Positions 20,427-29,371 of a stretch of 64,000 bases of DNA are shown in pieces. Numbering within the stretch: position 1 is the stretch's first letter; every line of letters starts with the position of its first letter. The stretch covers positions 64,001 to 128,000 of the forward strand of contig JACOQA010000001.1 in the NCBI GenBank assembly GCA_014297435.1. The letters are read 5' to 3'. Origin of the DNA: Candidatus Nanohaloarchaea archaeon. GTDB taxonomy: Archaea; Nanohalarchaeota; Nanosalinia; Nanosalinales; Nanosalinaceae. The notes beneath the pieces are model-generated. The model was not told where the DNA came from. It ran no database searches and was given only the letters and a program-made list of their open reading frames with translations. Made by a program: the position numbers and the translations under genes.

Positions 20427-21344
20427 CTAATTAGGATTAATTTTGATAGCAACCTCTGAATTCCGAAGTCCGCTGTTTCCTATTCTGAGACTTCCACGTT
20501 CTCTTATCGTTTCTGTGTTTTCTAAGGTCGTATTAGGTCTATAAATGACTTTTACGAGAGGCAATTTGTTTAAAACATCTCCAAAGCTAGGTTCTACTTG
20601 ATTCATTAATATTCTGTCGTTTATCTCCTTCTGTCGTTCTTCGATATCACTTCTTCCACCATTTGAGAAAGGGACTAGGAAGGTTGACCTATCTTGTAAG
20701 GTCATAGAGATCGTTTCAGTCTCTGGATAAGAGAGTTTTAGGAATTCTCCATATCCGACAATTCCCAGAGGCTGCTCAGAAGTGATGTAGGGATATTCGA
20801 CCGGCGCTTTCAGCTCCTCTCCTGTCGAGATATTTGAATCGCTTGCAGAGATTTTCCCTGAAACTCCTTCAACCTCTAAGGTAACGTTTTCCGGTATTTT
20901 GCTCGTTACGCACAGACTTTGATCGTAGGCGTCATTTTCGAACTGTGGTGAGGCGGCATGCGTGTTGGTCTCCCCTGTGACGGAGAGAGCTTTCGTTCCG
21001 TTCGTGCAACCGGGTTCTATCGATGCTTGAAGCCTTCCTGAGCATAAACTGTACGTATAATGGTTTTCAAATATGCTTAAATGGGAATTTGTCTTGTTTT
21101 CGAGAGAGAAGAGCGGTTCATTGTCTGAGCCACATGACAGACCGATCTCAATCTTGTCGGCGCCTTCAACGCATAACTGGTTCGGGTAATAACCTGGTTC
21201 AGCTACATGCCCTCCATCAGTCTTATTCAGAGATAAGAGGCTTTCAGTTCCGCTTTTACAGCTGTTTTCGACTGAGACATCTATCGCCGAAACGCTGTGA
21301 GTTAGAGCCAATATTAGCCCTAACAAAATATATTTTCTCTTCAC
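20427..21344 (-). CDS. Secreted protein with three Cys/His repeats (paralog of 19333..20244)
   Basis: Sec signal; shared PENVTLE, PF..G...I..R...IN.R.L.N...P.FG, PLV.VIYRP. Confidence 0.75.
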   Translation of the reverse strand: MKRKYILLGLILALTHSVSAIDVSVENSCKSGTESLLSLNKTDGGHVAEPGYYPNQLCVEGADKIEIGLSCGSDNEPLFSLENKTNSHLSIFENHYTYSLCSGRLQASIEPGCTNGTKALSVTGETNTHAASPQFENDAYDQSLCVTSKIPENVTLEVEGVSGKISASDSNISTGEELKAPVEYPYITSEQPLGIVGYGEFLKLSYPETETISMTLQDRSTFLVPFSNGGRSDIEERQKEINDRILMNQVEPSFGDVLNKLPLVKVIYRPNTTLENTETIRERGSLRIGNSGLRNSEVAIKINPN

Positions 21345-21411
21345 GTTAACCCTATTGTCTTAAGTCGAATAAAAGATCAACTTTATATCCCATTGATTCT
21401 CAGTCTTTGAT

Positions 21412-21996
21412 ATGGGTTTAGCAAGAGTCGGAGTCATTTCAATATTTGTAATATTTTTGGCTGCTTTTGTGACTGCACCAACTGTACAGCACCATCCTTT
21501 CTCCGAGCTCTTTCCGCCTGACCAGGATTTAAATTTCGGTGAATACGATGCATTCAACTTGACAGAGCTTGATTTGTCTGACGGTTCAATTTTTACAGGT
21601 AATGTGGTAAGAAACCAGGGGAACACTATCGATATAATACGCTTTATTGACAGCGGTCTTATAGAGATTCCTAACGGGGGTATTGAAGTTTCTGGCTCCA
21701 GTAAGTTCCAAAATAACGTTGAGTTTAGAAGCTCCGGTGACACTGTAAAACTGAACGGCACTGGAGGAAACCATACATACATGGAGTTTTACAAAGAATC
21801 CTCAAATCCTGGGGTGAGATCTGCTTGGGTCGGCTATGGAAGTGCTTCACGATCCGCATTCACTATCAAGAATGAACTCGGAGATAAGATCGAACTCAAG
21901 GGAGGAAAGGTTGAAGCCGCGGGAGGAGTAGACCTAAAGGGCAACAATTTAACTTCTTCCACCGGAGGTGAGATTTGTGTCGGAAGATACTGTTGA
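21412..21996 (+). CDS. Exported protein with tail-fibre-like segment
   Basis: N-terminal hydrophobic helix; NHTYMEFY...RSAWVGYGS...IKNE; ends GEICVGRYC. Confidence 0.65.
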   Translation: MGLARVGVISIFVIFLAAFVTAPTVQHHPFSELFPPDQDLNFGEYDAFNLTELDLSDGSIFTGNVVRNQGNTIDIIRFIDSGLIEIPNGGIEVSGSSKFQNNVEFRSSGDTVKLNGTGGNHTYMEFYKESSNPGVRSAWVGYGSASRSAFTIKNELGDKIELKGGKVEAAGGVDLKGNNLTSSTGGEICVGRYC

Positions 21997-23167
21997 AATA
22001 AAGAAAGAAGAACTTGAAGAACTAATAGAGAAAAAGGTGGAGGAAAGAGTAGAGGAGCGTGTTAGAGAAGAAATTGAGGATGAGCCTCAGAAAAATGATG
22101 TAGATGAGGGAATATCCCGTAGAGGCTTCTTGAAGAAGCTTGGGGCAGGAGCTTTAGGTTTTGGAGCTATTTCTCTGCCTTCTGTTTCTGCACTTGATAT
22201 CAGAAGTGACGGTCTAAGTTATTATGGAGGTCAAAACAGTAATCTAGATTTCGATATTGATAACTCGGGTAATGTAAATCTATTAGGTTCCTTGAGTCTT
22301 GGAGGCAATCTGAAGGCTAAGGATGGAGAATTGATTTGGGATGAAGCTAAATCGCAGATTCCGTCTTCTGTAGTTGATCTGTCTGGAATCAACCATGATA
22401 ATTTATCCGGTGTTTCCGCTGATGACCACCACCCTGATCCAAGGTATGGCATAAGAAATTTAGAGCTTCAGAACACTGAGATGGATGATTCTTGGGTTTC
22501 CGGACAGTCTGGAGGACAGATTGGGTGGGATGCCTCAGTAGGGTTCTTTGTCCACTACGGCAGTTCTGGCGGTGGTGTTGGGAAAGGTTACGGAACCCTC
22601 TTAGATACAAGCAATCTACAGTTAGGCTCCAACCTGTATTTTAGTGGAGGAGAGTCTGAAGATGTAAGACCCTCTTTAGCAATTGATCAAGGTTCGGGTA
22701 GTGGTCTAGATGCAGATACAATTGACGGCAAACATGCTTCAGAATTAGGGGGGGAATTCAGGTTTGGACACGGTCTCAGAGCTAGAGGCTCATTTAGTGG
22801 GAACACGAATGCTCCTTCGGACAGTGTACAAACTTTGACTCAACCCCATAGATCTTTCTCTGGGGCTGTAAATGCAAAAATAGAGTTGGAAGCTAATGGC
22901 TCACAAAGCGGAACCGCAAGTGCAGATGCAGGAATAGAGGCAACTTTGCAAACTTCTGGAGGTGCAACAATACTCGCTGGAAACACTACAGCTACGGGTA
23001 ACGAGTTCTCATCTACGTTTAAGCAAACCCAAACAAATATTAATTTGACTCCAAATGATGAAATTACGGCCCGGGTCCATGTAACGAATGTTGCTGACGT
23101 ATATGCATCTAAAGATGCCCAGGCGACTGCGAGTGCAAATGGTACTGCTTCATTATGGGTTGAATAA
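21977..23167 (+). CDS. Tat-exported fibre/adhesin-like protein
   Basis: GGAGGTGA SD then GTG at 21977; SRRGFLKK twin-arginine signal; GSGSGLDADTIDGKHAS motif; beta-rich C-terminal domain. Confidence 0.7.
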   Translation: MSEDTVEIKKEELEELIEKKVEERVEERVREEIEDEPQKNDVDEGISRRGFLKKLGAGALGFGAISLPSVSALDIRSDGLSYYGGQNSNLDFDIDNSGNVNLLGSLSLGGNLKAKDGELIWDEAKSQIPSSVVDLSGINHDNLSGVSADDHHPDPRYGIRNLELQNTEMDDSWVSGQSGGQIGWDASVGFFVHYGSSGGGVGKGYGTLLDTSNLQLGSNLYFSGGESEDVRPSLAIDQGSGSGLDADTIDGKHASELGGEFRFGHGLRARGSFSGNTNAPSDSVQTLTQPHRSFSGAVNAKIELEANGSQSGTASADAGIEATLQTSGGATILAGNTTATGNEFSSTFKQTQTNINLTPNDEITARVHVTNVADVYASKDAQATASANGTASLWVE

Positions 23168-23169
23168 AG

Positions 23170-23610
23170 GTGGGAAAAATGCGAGAGATAAACGATAAGA
23201 TTTTCCATTTTATATCAGGGGAAAGTGTGCAAAATGGGGATATAGAGAGGAATTTGAATGATGAAGGTCAGGACGTTTTGGATCGTCTGTACAGGGGAGG
23301 TCATATGATGGCTGTAAGAGATGGTTCAAACCTCAACAGTATTTGGAATTACAGCTTGGTGAGCGGCGATTTGGAGCTGAAGACGGTTTGGTACAGGCCT
23401 GAAACCAGAGGGGGCTACGGGAAGTGGGATGAGCTTTATATCTTGATGGAGCATGAAAACGTAAGCCTGATTAAATCAGAAACTCCTACAGCCGAGTTTG
23501 CAGATAAACTTGTGTCTAGAGGTGGAGATGATAAATTCTTCAGGAGAATAGGGAAAAAGAAGGTTAAAATAAGGAAAGAAGATCTAGAGGAGGATGTCGA
23601 CATTGCATAG
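23170..23610 (+). CDS. Hypothetical protein
   Basis: 146-aa ORF tightly packed in the operon. Confidence 0.6.
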   Translation: MGKMREINDKIFHFISGESVQNGDIERNLNDEGQDVLDRLYRGGHMMAVRDGSNLNSIWNYSLVSGDLELKTVWYRPETRGGYGKWDELYILMEHENVSLIKSETPTAEFADKLVSRGGDDKFFRRIGKKKVKIRKEDLEEDVDIA

Positions 23611-23893
23611 GTTTGAGTCAGAAGTATCGAATAAAATGATTGAGAAAGATGACTTTTTCGCGACAAGATTTGAAATTACGGAGATTGACGAACAGTTTGA
23701 TGAAGCCTATTTTTCAATAGTCTGTAATTCATGTAATCTGGCAGATAATAAGATATTTTTGAGATCTCCGCCTCATACATTGAGGATTACTTGTGATTAT
23801 TGCGGGCAGGCTCATAGAATTCATTTCGAATCATATGACAAGTTTATAGATTATATCAAGTCTGAAACAAGCGTTAGTGTTCACGAAAATTAA
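23594..23893 (+). CDS. Small zinc-ribbon protein
   Basis: CNSC...CDYCG; GGAGG SD upstream. Confidence 0.6.
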   Translation: MSTLHRFESEVSNKMIEKDDFFATRFEITEIDEQFDEAYFSIVCNSCNLADNKIFLRSPPHTLRITCDYCGQAHRIHFESYDKFIDYIKSETSVSVHEN

Positions 23894-23950
23894 TGCAAAT
23901 CTTTGAGGGGCAAAGTATACAAAGTCTTACAATAAATTGTATTGATACCA

Positions 23951-25297
23951 ATGTCTACTGATGTAGTTGTATTTATAGACGCTCTATCTCCGAGAGAGCT
24001 GGAAGGCTTTTTGGAGGAGAATTATCAGGGAAATATGGATGCCGATGTACCCCGTGTAACACCAAGAGTTATGTCAAGTATATATACCGGATTAAGTCCG
24101 GCGGAAAACGGTATGATGTCTATATCCAAAGAGGGTGGAGAAGATGCTACAAGACCCAAGAAGTCCACTTTTATTGATCAGGCTGTAAGGGAGGGAAAGA
24201 AGGTTTTGTCCATGGGAATGCCTTTCAGCGTACCGTTCAAAATTGATTCTGTAGAGGCAGAAGAATTTGAATCTCTACTTCAGGGAGGTGCACTTCAGGG
24301 AGAATCATATACGTTACCTGGACAAGCTTCAGATATATTGAATGTTCCTGCGCCATCCGCTGACATGATTAAGGACCACCCTGATACAACTTATTCAAGT
24401 TTTCTGGATCAGACAAGACAGTTTTTCCTGAGAGCTAAAGAGAATATAAGGAGAGATGATTTCGACGTAGTCTTTCTTGGTTATCGGCTTGTAGACTCTT
24501 ATTGCCACTTTCAGCATACAGAGGAGCGAAATGGGAAGCCTTACAGGCAGCATCTTATTGATAATGTTCAATCGCTTTTGAAGGAGATAGATAATCAGAT
24601 TGACGGCGACTTAATGTTTTTCTCTGATCACGGTCAGACCGAGTTAACAGATACATTCAGGGTAAACAAATGGTTGAAAGAAAATGGCTGGCTGGATTAC
24701 AGAGTTGATTACGACTTTATAGATGATTTAACCAAGTATCAGCAGGGTGAAAAACACCCTGTAAATGAAAGGGTTGAAAACCAGGTAACTTTGAATCAGC
24801 CGGGTGTGAGGTTGGATGAAGAGAACTCGAAAGTTGTATGCTCAGATCCTTTTGACTCATGCTTAACTTTGCTATGTGATAGAGAAGATTTTGATGAAGA
24901 GAAGTTTAGAGAGGAGTTAATGTCGACAGGGATGTATCGTTCCGTCAAGTACAAGTGGGAAATTTACGACGAGGACGCTGACTTTTACGAGACAGTTCCC
25001 GATATAATTCCCGATAGAGCCGAAGGGGTATTTGTCTCCGGCAACCTACACAAGAATCCGATCGGAATGGGGTACTACAGAACCGGTGTACACGACAGAA
25101 CTGCGTGTTTCGGCGCCACCAAAAAGTTGAATATCTCTGATAAGGAAGAAATTAAGCCAGAGGACATGTATGATGTAATAACTGATTTCATTGATCTAGA
25201 GTTGACCGAGCCGCCTTTAGACGAGCAAGATATCAATGGCTGGAACGATGAAGAGGTAAAGCTTGCAAGAAAGAGACTGGAGGGAAATAAGGAATGA
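23951..25297 (+). CDS. Alkaline phosphatase superfamily (nucleotide pyrophosphatase/phosphodiesterase-type) protein
   Basis: VFIDAL, VTP...SIYTG.SP, DSYCH, SDHG, GVHD metal ligands. Confidence 0.85.
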   Translation: MSTDVVVFIDALSPRELEGFLEENYQGNMDADVPRVTPRVMSSIYTGLSPAENGMMSISKEGGEDATRPKKSTFIDQAVREGKKVLSMGMPFSVPFKIDSVEAEEFESLLQGGALQGESYTLPGQASDILNVPAPSADMIKDHPDTTYSSFLDQTRQFFLRAKENIRRDDFDVVFLGYRLVDSYCHFQHTEERNGKPYRQHLIDNVQSLLKEIDNQIDGDLMFFSDHGQTELTDTFRVNKWLKENGWLDYRVDYDFIDDLTKYQQGEKHPVNERVENQVTLNQPGVRLDEENSKVVCSDPFDSCLTLLCDREDFDEEKFREELMSTGMYRSVKYKWEIYDEDADFYETVPDIIPDRAEGVFVSGNLHKNPIGMGYYRTGVHDRTACFGATKKLNISDKEEIKPEDMYDVITDFIDLELTEPPLDEQDINGWNDEEVKLARKRLEGNKE

Positions 25298-26232
25298 CCT
25301 GGAATGGAAGAGCCAGCTGGAGGAATGCCAAACCTATTGGAGGATCACAGACTCAAAAAGTAGGAGAAGCAGTTTCTGCCTTAGAAAAAGCCATTGAGGA
25401 AAATGAGAAGGTACTATTCCTTTGGACGGGTGGTAAGGAGGCACAGGTTATTGCAGATTTACTGCTTTATGAGGTCGGTGAAGAAGATGGTGTTTCCCCT
25501 GTACCTTTTGGGGTTATCGATACTGGCAACCAGTTCGAAAGTATGTATGATTTTAGAGAGGAGTTCTTGGCTGCCGATGGCGACAAAGGAGCTAACACTG
25601 TTGGACCGTTCGAGGGTATAGGAAATAAGGTTATAGTTGAGAGACATGACGAGTTTTTGGAGAAAATAATTGAGAATGAAAATGATCCTCGCGGATATCA
25701 TGGAAAACACTCCGGAGAATGGAAATGTCCTGAATGCCGGCAGAAAGCCAAAAGAGATAACACTACTATTATCTGCGAGGGTTGCGGTGAAACAAAACTT
25801 GAATCTGTACAAAGACAGAATCTTTCGCCCGAAGAATGGGGTGTTCCTGAATCGTGTGGCGCACTAAAGGTCGAGCCATTGAAACGTTTCGTTAAAGATC
25901 ATGGTTTCACTACCATGATTACGGGCATTCGAGGTACTGATATGATCGAACAGGGTGACTCCGATTCTAGAATTTTTGAGGAAAAAAACGAACCCGCAAA
26001 TTATTCACGGATTAACCCGTTGATTAATTGGAGTGAGGAGAATGTGTGGGCTTACATTAAAGCTGAATCTGTTTCATATCCGGAGCTTTATGACCAGGGT
26101 TACAGGCATACTGATTCGAAGTGCTGTACATCTAAGGAAGATCGTGGTGGCGCGGATGAATACGGTGAGGGCGGCATAGATGCCGAAAAGGCTGCAGCTA
26201 AGAAAGATCTTCAGGACATGGGGTACGTATAA
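25294..26232 (+). CDS. PAPS reductase / sulfate adenylyltransferase (CysD-like) family protein with Zn-ribbon insertion
   Basis: WTGGKEA PP-loop variant, IDTGNQF, LKVEPL, ITGIR, RINPL..W.E..VW.YI, LY.QGYR, C-terminal L.DMGY. Confidence 0.85.
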   Translation: MTWNGRASWRNAKPIGGSQTQKVGEAVSALEKAIEENEKVLFLWTGGKEAQVIADLLLYEVGEEDGVSPVPFGVIDTGNQFESMYDFREEFLAADGDKGANTVGPFEGIGNKVIVERHDEFLEKIIENENDPRGYHGKHSGEWKCPECRQKAKRDNTTIICEGCGETKLESVQRQNLSPEEWGVPESCGALKVEPLKRFVKDHGFTTMITGIRGTDMIEQGDSDSRIFEEKNEPANYSRINPLINWSEENVWAYIKAESVSYPELYDQGYRHTDSKCCTSKEDRGGADEYGEGGIDAEKAAAKKDLQDMGYV

Positions 26233-26380
26233 TTGTTCAATCTGAGTTAATATAGTGGACTCAAATTTTTGCAGATAATTAGTTTAATCCTTCTGAGAAA
26301 TTGACGCGCAATCAACAGTAAGCTGGTTGCATTGGTTCCTGTGGCAAAGTTATATAGGTTCGATTCCCTTACAATCAACT

Positions 26381-26617
26381 ATGGTATTAAGTCCAGGTTT
26401 AGGAGAGATCGTATTGATCGGAGCTGCGGTACTATTCCTCATAATGGGTCCTAAAAAGCTTCCTCAGTTTGCCAGATCTTTAGGTGAATCAAAGAAAGAG
26501 TTCAAGAAGTCTATGAACGAGGCACAGGAAGTAGTTGATGAAGCCGAAGAAGTAGGAGAGGAAATGAGACCTGATGCAGAATCTGAAGTAGAGGATATAA
26601 AGTCTTCAAGTGAATGA
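26381..26617 (+). CDS. tatA: Twin-arginine translocase TatA
   Basis: G.GE...I....L...GPKKLPQFARSLG....EFKK; start moved to ATG 26381. Confidence 0.92.
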   Translation: MVLSPGLGEIVLIGAAVLFLIMGPKKLPQFARSLGESKKEFKKSMNEAQEVVDEAEEVGEEMRPDAESEVEDIKSSSE

Positions 26618-26623
26618 TCGGGG

Positions 26624-27310
26624 ATGCAGCAGTTAGAAGATCATGTAATAGAGCTTAGAAGGCGGCTAATACGTATATCAATATCTCTAGTAATAGCCAC
26701 TGCTTTATCCTTCTATTTCTCGCCTGACATACTTATCTGGCTTCAAAATGATCTTTCAGTAGAGGTACACGCTTTGAAAGCGTTCGAAACTTTCTACACT
26801 GAGTTGATGATAGCCTTGATTCTTGGATTCTTCATAAGTCTTCCATACACGATTTACCAGATAATCAAGTTCATGAAGCCAGGGCTTAAAGAAAGAGAAT
26901 ACAAGGTTATGAGAAACTATCTTCCTTTCTCAATAATACTGTTTCTCGGCGGAGCGGTTTTCGCATACGAATTTGTTATTAAGGCAAGTTTTGCCTTCTT
27001 TGAAGGAGTAGGTCAATCTGCCGGCGTAACCTCGGTATGGGGTCTAAAAAACACTCTAGGTTTTGCGATGAAGATTTCAGGATTTACAGGGGTATTTTTC
27101 CAGTTACCTATAGTTTCAGTAGTTCTCGCTAGGGCAGGAATACTTGAATCCGAGATGATGGTCAAGTACAGGAACTATTTCATTGTGGCTGTGCTTCTAT
27201 TCTCAGCCATGGCAACTCCTCCGGATTTGATTACGCAGATTCTGATAACCTTGCCTGTCATAGGACTCTATCAAGTCAGTATCTTCTTGGTGGGAAAGAT
27301 TCAGAACTGA
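26624..27310 (+). CDS. tatC: Twin-arginine translocase TatC
   Basis: LEDHVIELRRRL, F.KPGLK.RE, FQLP, ATPPD. Confidence 0.93.
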   Translation: MQQLEDHVIELRRRLIRISISLVIATALSFYFSPDILIWLQNDLSVEVHALKAFETFYTELMIALILGFFISLPYTIYQIIKFMKPGLKEREYKVMRNYLPFSIILFLGGAVFAYEFVIKASFAFFEGVGQSAGVTSVWGLKNTLGFAMKISGFTGVFFQLPIVSVVLARAGILESEMMVKYRNYFIVAVLLFSAMATPPDLITQILITLPVIGLYQVSIFLVGKIQN

Positions 27311-27365
27311 GGCTCTTTTAAAAAGTTAGGGTTTCCACTTCCTAATATGCAACGTGATAAACACT

Positions 27366-28682
27366 ATGAAAGTATACACTATAGGCGGTTACGAGGAAGT
27401 CGGCCGCAACATGACAGCAGTGGAAGTTGACGGCGAAGCCGTCATCTTCGACATGGGATTCGAAATGGAAGAAGTAATCAACGCCGATGGCGAAGTCGAC
27501 CAGATGACAACCAACCAGACTTTAGAAACAGGCGCAATCCCGATCGACGAAGTTCTCTACGAAAACGACGTAGAAGTAAAAGCAATCATCATCGGACACG
27601 GGCACCTCGACCACGTAGGAGCAATTCCAAAACTGGCAGGAGCATATGATGCGCCGATTGTTTGCACACCTTACACGAAGAAAATTGTCGAAAACAACAT
27701 CGAAGGTGACAGGAAAAACATCGACAATGATGTGATCGGAGTCGAGAAAGGAGAAGATTACAGTGTCTCCGAGAATCTTGACTTGGAGTTCATGCACGTC
27801 AACCACTCCATCCCTCAGGCAACACTCTCACTTCTTAAAACACCTGAAGGCGGAGTAGTCTACGGAAACGACATGAAAATCGACTACAGCCCTGTAATCG
27901 AGGAAACAACAGACATCGAAAGACTCAAATCCGCGGGAGAAGAAGGTGTCAAACTAATGATCCCCGGAACAACAAACGTATGCGATGAAGGAAGATGTCG
28001 TTCTGAGAAATCTGTTGAACAGGAGCTTGAAGACGTAATGAACTCCTGTTACGCCAACGGCGGCGCGGTAGTAATGTCAACATTCTCCTCACAGATCTCA
28101 AGACTGAACTCGATCATCGACGCAAACAACGGAAGAAGAAGAATCGCGTTCGTGGGAAGAAGCCTGAAGGAGTATACTCAGGCAGCTGAAGAACTAGGTC
28201 TGATCGATCTTTCTGAAGTTGAAGTAGTTTCGTACTTCGACGAGGTTCAAGATCTTATGAACCGTGTTTCCGGAAACAAGGACGAATGGTTGATCGTAGC
28301 AACAGGAAACCAGGGAGAACCTGGAGCACAGATGGACAAGCTTGCTACAGGACAGTACCCATTCGACTTCGAGAAAGGAGACCATGTAATCTTCTCCTCG
28401 AGAACAATCCCAACACCTCCGACAGAGGCAAACAGGTACAACCTTGAGAAGAAGTTGAAAGAGAAAGGAGTAAGAGTTTATCCTGGAGTACACACATCAG
28501 GACACGCGAAGAAAGAAGACCACAGAGACTTCATCAACCACCTACAGCCTGATAACATTGTTCCTTCCCACGGAACAATTCAGAAGCTTGGGGACTACGT
28601 TGAACTAGCAAGACAGGAAGGCTACACTCTAGAAGACGACGTCTTCATCGGAGAGAACGGAAGAGTAATCGAGATCGAGTAA
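27366..28682 (+). CDS. rnj: Ribonuclease J (beta-CASP)
   Basis: IGGYEEVGRNMTA, HGHLDHVG, NHSIP, TGNQGEP, HTSGHA. Confidence 0.93.
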   Translation: MKVYTIGGYEEVGRNMTAVEVDGEAVIFDMGFEMEEVINADGEVDQMTTNQTLETGAIPIDEVLYENDVEVKAIIIGHGHLDHVGAIPKLAGAYDAPIVCTPYTKKIVENNIEGDRKNIDNDVIGVEKGEDYSVSENLDLEFMHVNHSIPQATLSLLKTPEGGVVYGNDMKIDYSPVIEETTDIERLKSAGEEGVKLMIPGTTNVCDEGRCRSEKSVEQELEDVMNSCYANGGAVVMSTFSSQISRLNSIIDANNGRRRIAFVGRSLKEYTQAAEELGLIDLSEVEVVSYFDEVQDLMNRVSGNKDEWLIVATGNQGEPGAQMDKLATGQYPFDFEKGDHVIFSSRTIPTPPTEANRYNLEKKLKEKGVRVYPGVHTSGHAKKEDHRDFINHLQPDNIVPSHGTIQKLGDYVELARQEGYTLEDDVFIGENGRVIEIE

Positions 28683-28701
28683 ACTTCTTTCTCTCCACTT
28701 T

Positions 28702-29178
28702 TTATTTCTCTATTCTTAATCTGTCTCCTTTACTAATTGAATGATTCTCGGCAAAGCCCTGATTTAGCTCTACCACATACTGCGCGGGCTCCTCGCTTCT
28801 ATAAGACGCAAGATTTTCCTCAGCTGTGTTCGGTTCAGGTTCAGCTTTCTCGATATTGATTACGGTATAGTTTGAATCGAGGAAGATAATGTCTAGCGGT
28901 ATGTACGTGTTTTTCATCCAGAACCATCTATCATCATCTTCCTGGTATTTGAAAAGCATTCCGTGATTTTTGGTAAGGCTGGTTCTGTTCATGAGTCCCT
29001 TCCGTCTTTCTGAGGAAGTATCCGCAACCTCGAGACTTACTTCTGCTAAAGTATCATTACTTGAGACAAAACTAGCATCAATAGTTTCATCGTTTAGCAG
29101 GTAGTTAGTAATGCCCATGCCTATCAGGGCGGCTGCAAACCCTACAGAAACCAGTTTAAAGATTTCTGATTTTTCCAT
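28702..29178 (-). CDS. DUF192 family protein
   Basis: EVADT..ER.KGLM.R, GMLF, FWMKNT.IPLDIIF, YVVELN.G. Confidence 0.9.
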   Translation of the reverse strand: MEKSEIFKLVSVGFAAALIGMGITNYLLNDETIDASFVSSNDTLAEVSLEVADTSSERRKGLMNRTSLTKNHGMLFKYQEDDDRWFWMKNTYIPLDIIFLDSNYTVINIEKAEPEPNTAEENLASYRSEEPAQYVVELNQGFAENHSISKGDRLRIEK

Positions 29179-29371
29179 AAAACTTACCTATCTTTGAAGA
29201 TAACTTTGGAAGGATTTGAGGTGTGAAGAAAATTGTCAGTATAATTGATATGAATAGTGCCTCCCCGAATCCAAGACTGAAGGGGAGCGGTATAAACAAC
29301 ATAGAAAGCTCTTGTCTCCGCTCCGTTAAATCTTCGTTGGTTATAAAGAGGTTTTTCTCAATTTTTTTATC

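Noticed and set aside
21412-26232. Provirus interpretation of the accessory block
   Set aside because: No integrase, terminase, portal, capsid, flanking tRNA or att repeats seen
25294-26232. DndC/phosphorothioation or other defence system
   Set aside because: Protein is short with a CysD-like C-terminus; no DndD/E, SMC ATPase or cysteine desulfurase nearby
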